Shown in pieces: positions 3,749-6,026 of a stretch of 6,026 bases of DNA (positions are counted from its first letter, which is position 1; every line of letters begins with the position of its first letter). A program made the position numbers and the translations under genes. The DNA comes from a virus. The stretch is from positions 1 to 6,026 of IMG/VR virus record IMGVR_UViG_3300020041_000015, one strand, 5' to 3'. Below the pieces are notes generated by a model. It searched no databases and was not told the origin of the DNA. It saw nothing but the letters and a program-made list of their open reading frames with translations.

Positions 3749-5539
3749 TTAGCGATTAGACAAACGGGTTGCAAACGTTTTATTAACCAAATTCTTCTTC
3801 TGAACAGAATACGAGAGATTAATAAAGAAATTATCTTCCTGCTTGGAGCTGAACGGAGAGTTCACCTGATCGATATCTACAAACAGAAGGGAGTAATACT
3901 GATTGTAGCTCGCCGACAAAACGCGCTGTTGAACCCAATAGGAATAGAGGGGTAGAGAGTTGAGAGCGCCCTGGAAACGAGACAACTGGCCAAGAACCTC
4001 ATCGTAAGAAGCTCGAAACTCATTAAAGCAAGGCTCATAAGCCACAGTTTCCGCTGAGGACGTAGTTCCGAAACCAAATTGAAATCCAGGAACATCCTGA
4101 TATCCAATATCATTATAGATCGGATTGAAATAATCAGAGCCAGTATAATGGAGATAATCGGGGTAAATACCCGCCCAATAGTAGACAGGACGAATACTCA
4201 GCATGTCGATCATGTAGCCGGGCTCACGAAAATAATAAGATTGGCGGCGACCAAGGCGCTCATTGAAGGCAATGGTACCACCTTGCTGGCCAAGAGGACC
4301 ATTAACACTCGGGCCAGTGAAATTATTTTGCCCCGCTTGATTCATAACAATCTGCACATTGACAGTCTGTGAAGCACTAAAAAGCAGCTTAGGTCTATCA
4401 ACGTGCTCAATCTTCGACGCAAAAAAAGTCTCCAACCAATCGCTATAGCGGGAACCTCCAGCGCCGAGCAAATCTTTATATTCTTGAAGCCGCGAAGCAA
4501 TAGCCAACTGTGGAATAGTCGAAACTCCAGACATGGAAACACCCTCCGAGCTACCGACGGGAAGCAAGCGACTGTAACGGTCGGGATTAGAAGGTATAAC
4601 AGCCATCGGATGGGACACTAGAAATGCTCCAAGCGTAGTAACGGTCGTAGTACTAGGGCCAGTGGCAAACTGATTCGCAGGACCGGCAGTGGACAACGAG
4701 GTACTTCCAGGATAAATAGTAGAAACGGGGTAACCATCCTTAGAAGCGGTAATCGTAGCGCCAAGATCGGAAAGCAATATCTGAGAAAAAAGATTCCCCC
4801 TATTGTACGTATTGTTAGACGAAGACACGGCAGCAGGATAGAATTGGCTCTCAAAAAAAGCATCTAAAAATTCAAGACTTCCAAATCTTTGCGAGAAGAA
4901 CGACCGCTCGTCATTGAACTGAATAACATTATATGCAGTACCAGTACTATTGGGGATGAAATACCAACTACCGGGCCAAGCGAAAGAGTAGAGACCCCAC
5001 TGAGAGTAGCCGTAGTAATTGCGCACAATATCCCAATAAGCAAGATAAGAATCGGCAGTACACCAACCTAGGGGGTATCCCAATTGAGCGGTCGAAAGAT
5101 TGGCCGACATAGGAACATTGCTAGAAGTTGTCGCCGGAATAGAAGCTGGGACAACGCGCAACCAGCGGAGCAATGAATTCGAATAAGGATAATTGTCAGT
5201 AGTGTACGGATAAGATGCGGTCGACGAAGCAGCAATAAAATTCAAACTCAAATTGTTCATATCGAACTTGCTGCTATTCGTCCTCATCTCAGGGTGATAC
5301 AACTGAAGTGGCACCCAAAAACGATGAAGTCGAATAGTGTAGGGATTGAACGTCGGAACAGCAAGAGGATTGCTACGAACATCAATGCCCTGCTCAATAG
5401 AAACACGGTCACGAGCATTAATAAAATCGACGCGAACCGGATACAAAATACCCGGTGTACACGTAAAGGCCTTACTCTCAGGAACATCGTACCGGGAGTA
5501 ACCATTAACAACATGTGAGATAAAAGGTTGTTTTCCCAT
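3749..5539 (-). CDS. VP1: Major capsid protein VP1 (phiX F-protein family), 596 aa.
   Basis: N-terminal block KAFTCTPGILYPVRVDFINARDRVSIEQGIDVRSNPLAVPTFNPYTIRLHRFWVP aligns with the gokushovirus block ...GYLVPIYVDEVLPGD...P...FFFVP. Further family-typical blocks are LAIASRLQEYKDLLGAGGSRYSDWLETFF, GYMIDMLSIRPVYYW and CFNEFRASYDEVLGQL. ATG at 5539, 3 nt after the VP4 stop. Confidence 0.95.
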   Translation of the reverse strand: MGKQPFISHVVNGYSRYDVPESKAFTCTPGILYPVRVDFINARDRVSIEQGIDVRSNPLAVPTFNPYTIRLHRFWVPLQLYHPEMRTNSSKFDMNNLSLNFIAASSTASYPYTTDNYPYSNSLLRWLRVVPASIPATTSSNVPMSANLSTAQLGYPLGWCTADSYLAYWDIVRNYYGYSQWGLYSFAWPGSWYFIPNSTGTAYNVIQFNDERSFFSQRFGSLEFLDAFFESQFYPAAVSSSNNTYNRGNLFSQILLSDLGATITASKDGYPVSTIYPGSTSLSTAGPANQFATGPSTTTVTTLGAFLVSHPMAVIPSNPDRYSRLLPVGSSEGVSMSGVSTIPQLAIASRLQEYKDLLGAGGSRYSDWLETFFASKIEHVDRPKLLFSASQTVNVQIVMNQAGQNNFTGPSVNGPLGQQGGTIAFNERLGRRQSYYFREPGYMIDMLSIRPVYYWAGIYPDYLHYTGSDYFNPIYNDIGYQDVPGFQFGFGTTSSAETVAYEPCFNEFRASYDEVLGQLSRFQGALNSLPLYSYWVQQRVLSASYNQYYSLLFVDIDQVNSPFSSKQEDNFFINLSYSVQKKNLVNKTFATRLSNR

Positions 5540-5542
5540 AAA

Positions 5543-6026
5543 TTAAATAATTAGTTGAAGGTTATAATGATCTCTCCAAAACTGAAGAATATCTTGATCT
5601 AGCCAAGTGGGAGGATCAAAGTCAGGCATCTTACGAGAGGACGCAGAAAAGCGCATTACTTGCTTTTGCTCCCAAGCATATGACGCTCTACGGGATACGG
5701 CGGAATTGAGATTGAACCGCTCAACGCACAAAGACACAATACGCTTAACCAAAGAAGACTTGCTAAAATGTGCATAAGCGTCAGCAGCGGCAATCGAACG
5801 CATAACCTCGTCTTCCGATTTAAGGTACCTAAGATAGTATCGAGGAATCGTGTAGTTATAATTGATACGCTTCTTGAAATCAAAATAAGACCACGACGAA
5901 ATACAAGCAGAAGGGCGAGGCATATAACCAAGAAAATCACCAACGCCAGCAGATACGAATTTTCGCGTATAACGGCGATGTTGGAGGAGGCTAGATAAAG
6001 GTGTAAGTTTTCCATCTACAGTAACA
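5543..6026 (-). CDS. VP4: VP4 replication initiator, C-terminal part (aa 197-356 plus TAA at 5543..5545). 5911..6026 duplicates 1..116.
   Basis: The track ORF 5543..5923 (MPRPSACISSW...) is in the same frame as the 703..1 ORF once the circle is closed. The frame stays open upstream to the window end. Its first Met is internal residue M231 of VP4. Confidence 0.92.
   Translation of the reverse strand, partial: VTVDGKLTPLSSLLQHRRYTRKFVSAGVGDFLGYMPRPSACISSWSYFDFKKRINYNYTIPRYYLRYLKSEDEVMRSIAAADAYAHFSKSSLVKRIVSLCVERFNLNSAVSRRASYAWEQKQVMRFSASSRKMPDFDPPTWLDQDILQFWRDHYNLQLII
5911..6026. repeat. Terminal redundancy, copy 2 (identical to 1..116).
   Basis: Same comparison as copy 1. The window runs out at 6026, so only these 116 nt can be shown to be duplicated; 6026 corresponds to base 116. 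Confidence 0.95.

Larger units (their letters stand above)
1..5910 (-). other. One full unit of a circular ssDNA Microviridae phage genome (5,910 nt). The coding strand is the reverse complement of the given sequence.
   Basis: The 116-nt exact end overlap closes the circle. The microvirus core set (VP1 capsid, VP2 pilot, VP4 HUH initiator) is present on a single strand with very tight gene packing. The size is typical of non-phiX microviruses. Confidence 0.9.

Noticed and set aside
5543-5923. 126-aa ORF as a stand-alone gene.
   Set aside because: Its Met is residue 231 of VP4. The frame is open upstream to the window end and joins 703..1 across the circular junction.
5656-6015. 119-aa ATG-initiated hydrophobic ORF overprinted in VP4 (two TM-like stretches).
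   Set aside because: It is in the +1 frame of VP4, where the third-position T bias automatically yields NTN hydrophobic codons. A rough estimate suggests a run of this length without stops is not surprising in a genome of this size. It would be reconsidered only if relatives conserve the frame and show depressed synonymous variation.
1-6026. Looked for an integrase, att or dif-like site, CRISPR repeats, tRNA or other RNA genes, toxin-antitoxin or defence-system hallmarks, and in-frame stop recoding.
   Set aside because: None was found. All major ORFs are uninterrupted under the standard code. There are no repeat arrays beyond the terminal overlap. The GC-rich segment near 3400 does not resemble the E. 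coli dif sequence, which is the only reference recalled. Lifestyle (lytic versus Xer-dependent lysogeny) cannot be decided from this sequence.

Overview
The window is one complete, circularly closed genome of a small ssDNA phage of the family Microviridae, plus a short assembly overlap. Bases 1..116 are identical to 5911..6026, so the unit length is 5,910 nt. All credible genes lie on the - strand, so the window shows the complement of the coding strand. Order on the coding strand: major capsid protein VP1 (5539..3749), a 98-aa acidic protein, a small membrane or lipoprotein ORF, pilot protein VP2 (3113..1746), and a 72-nt AT-rich spacer with a Bacteroidetes-type promoter. These are followed by two unknown ORFs (105 aa basic, 107 aa acidic), a hairpin with a T-tract, a 66-aa Arg-rich ORF, and the replication initiator VP4. 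VP4 is missing from the supplied ORF track because it crosses the circular junction: join(703..1, 5910..5543), 356 aa, with an intact HUH motif and a Y-x3-Y motif. No gene has a Shine-Dalgarno sequence, and genes are tightly packed (TAATG, TAG-N-ATG, TAA-TTT-ATG junctions). I found no tRNA, CRISPR array, integrase or defence-system hallmark. The parts not explained by the core microvirus module are the lipobox-bearing small ORF upstream of VP2 and the promoter-to-hairpin two-gene cassette between VP2 and VP4. Both are reported as hypotheses. Everything is hand analysis, with no database searches, and subfamily placement (Gokushovirinae-like versus Alpavirinae-like) is unresolved.
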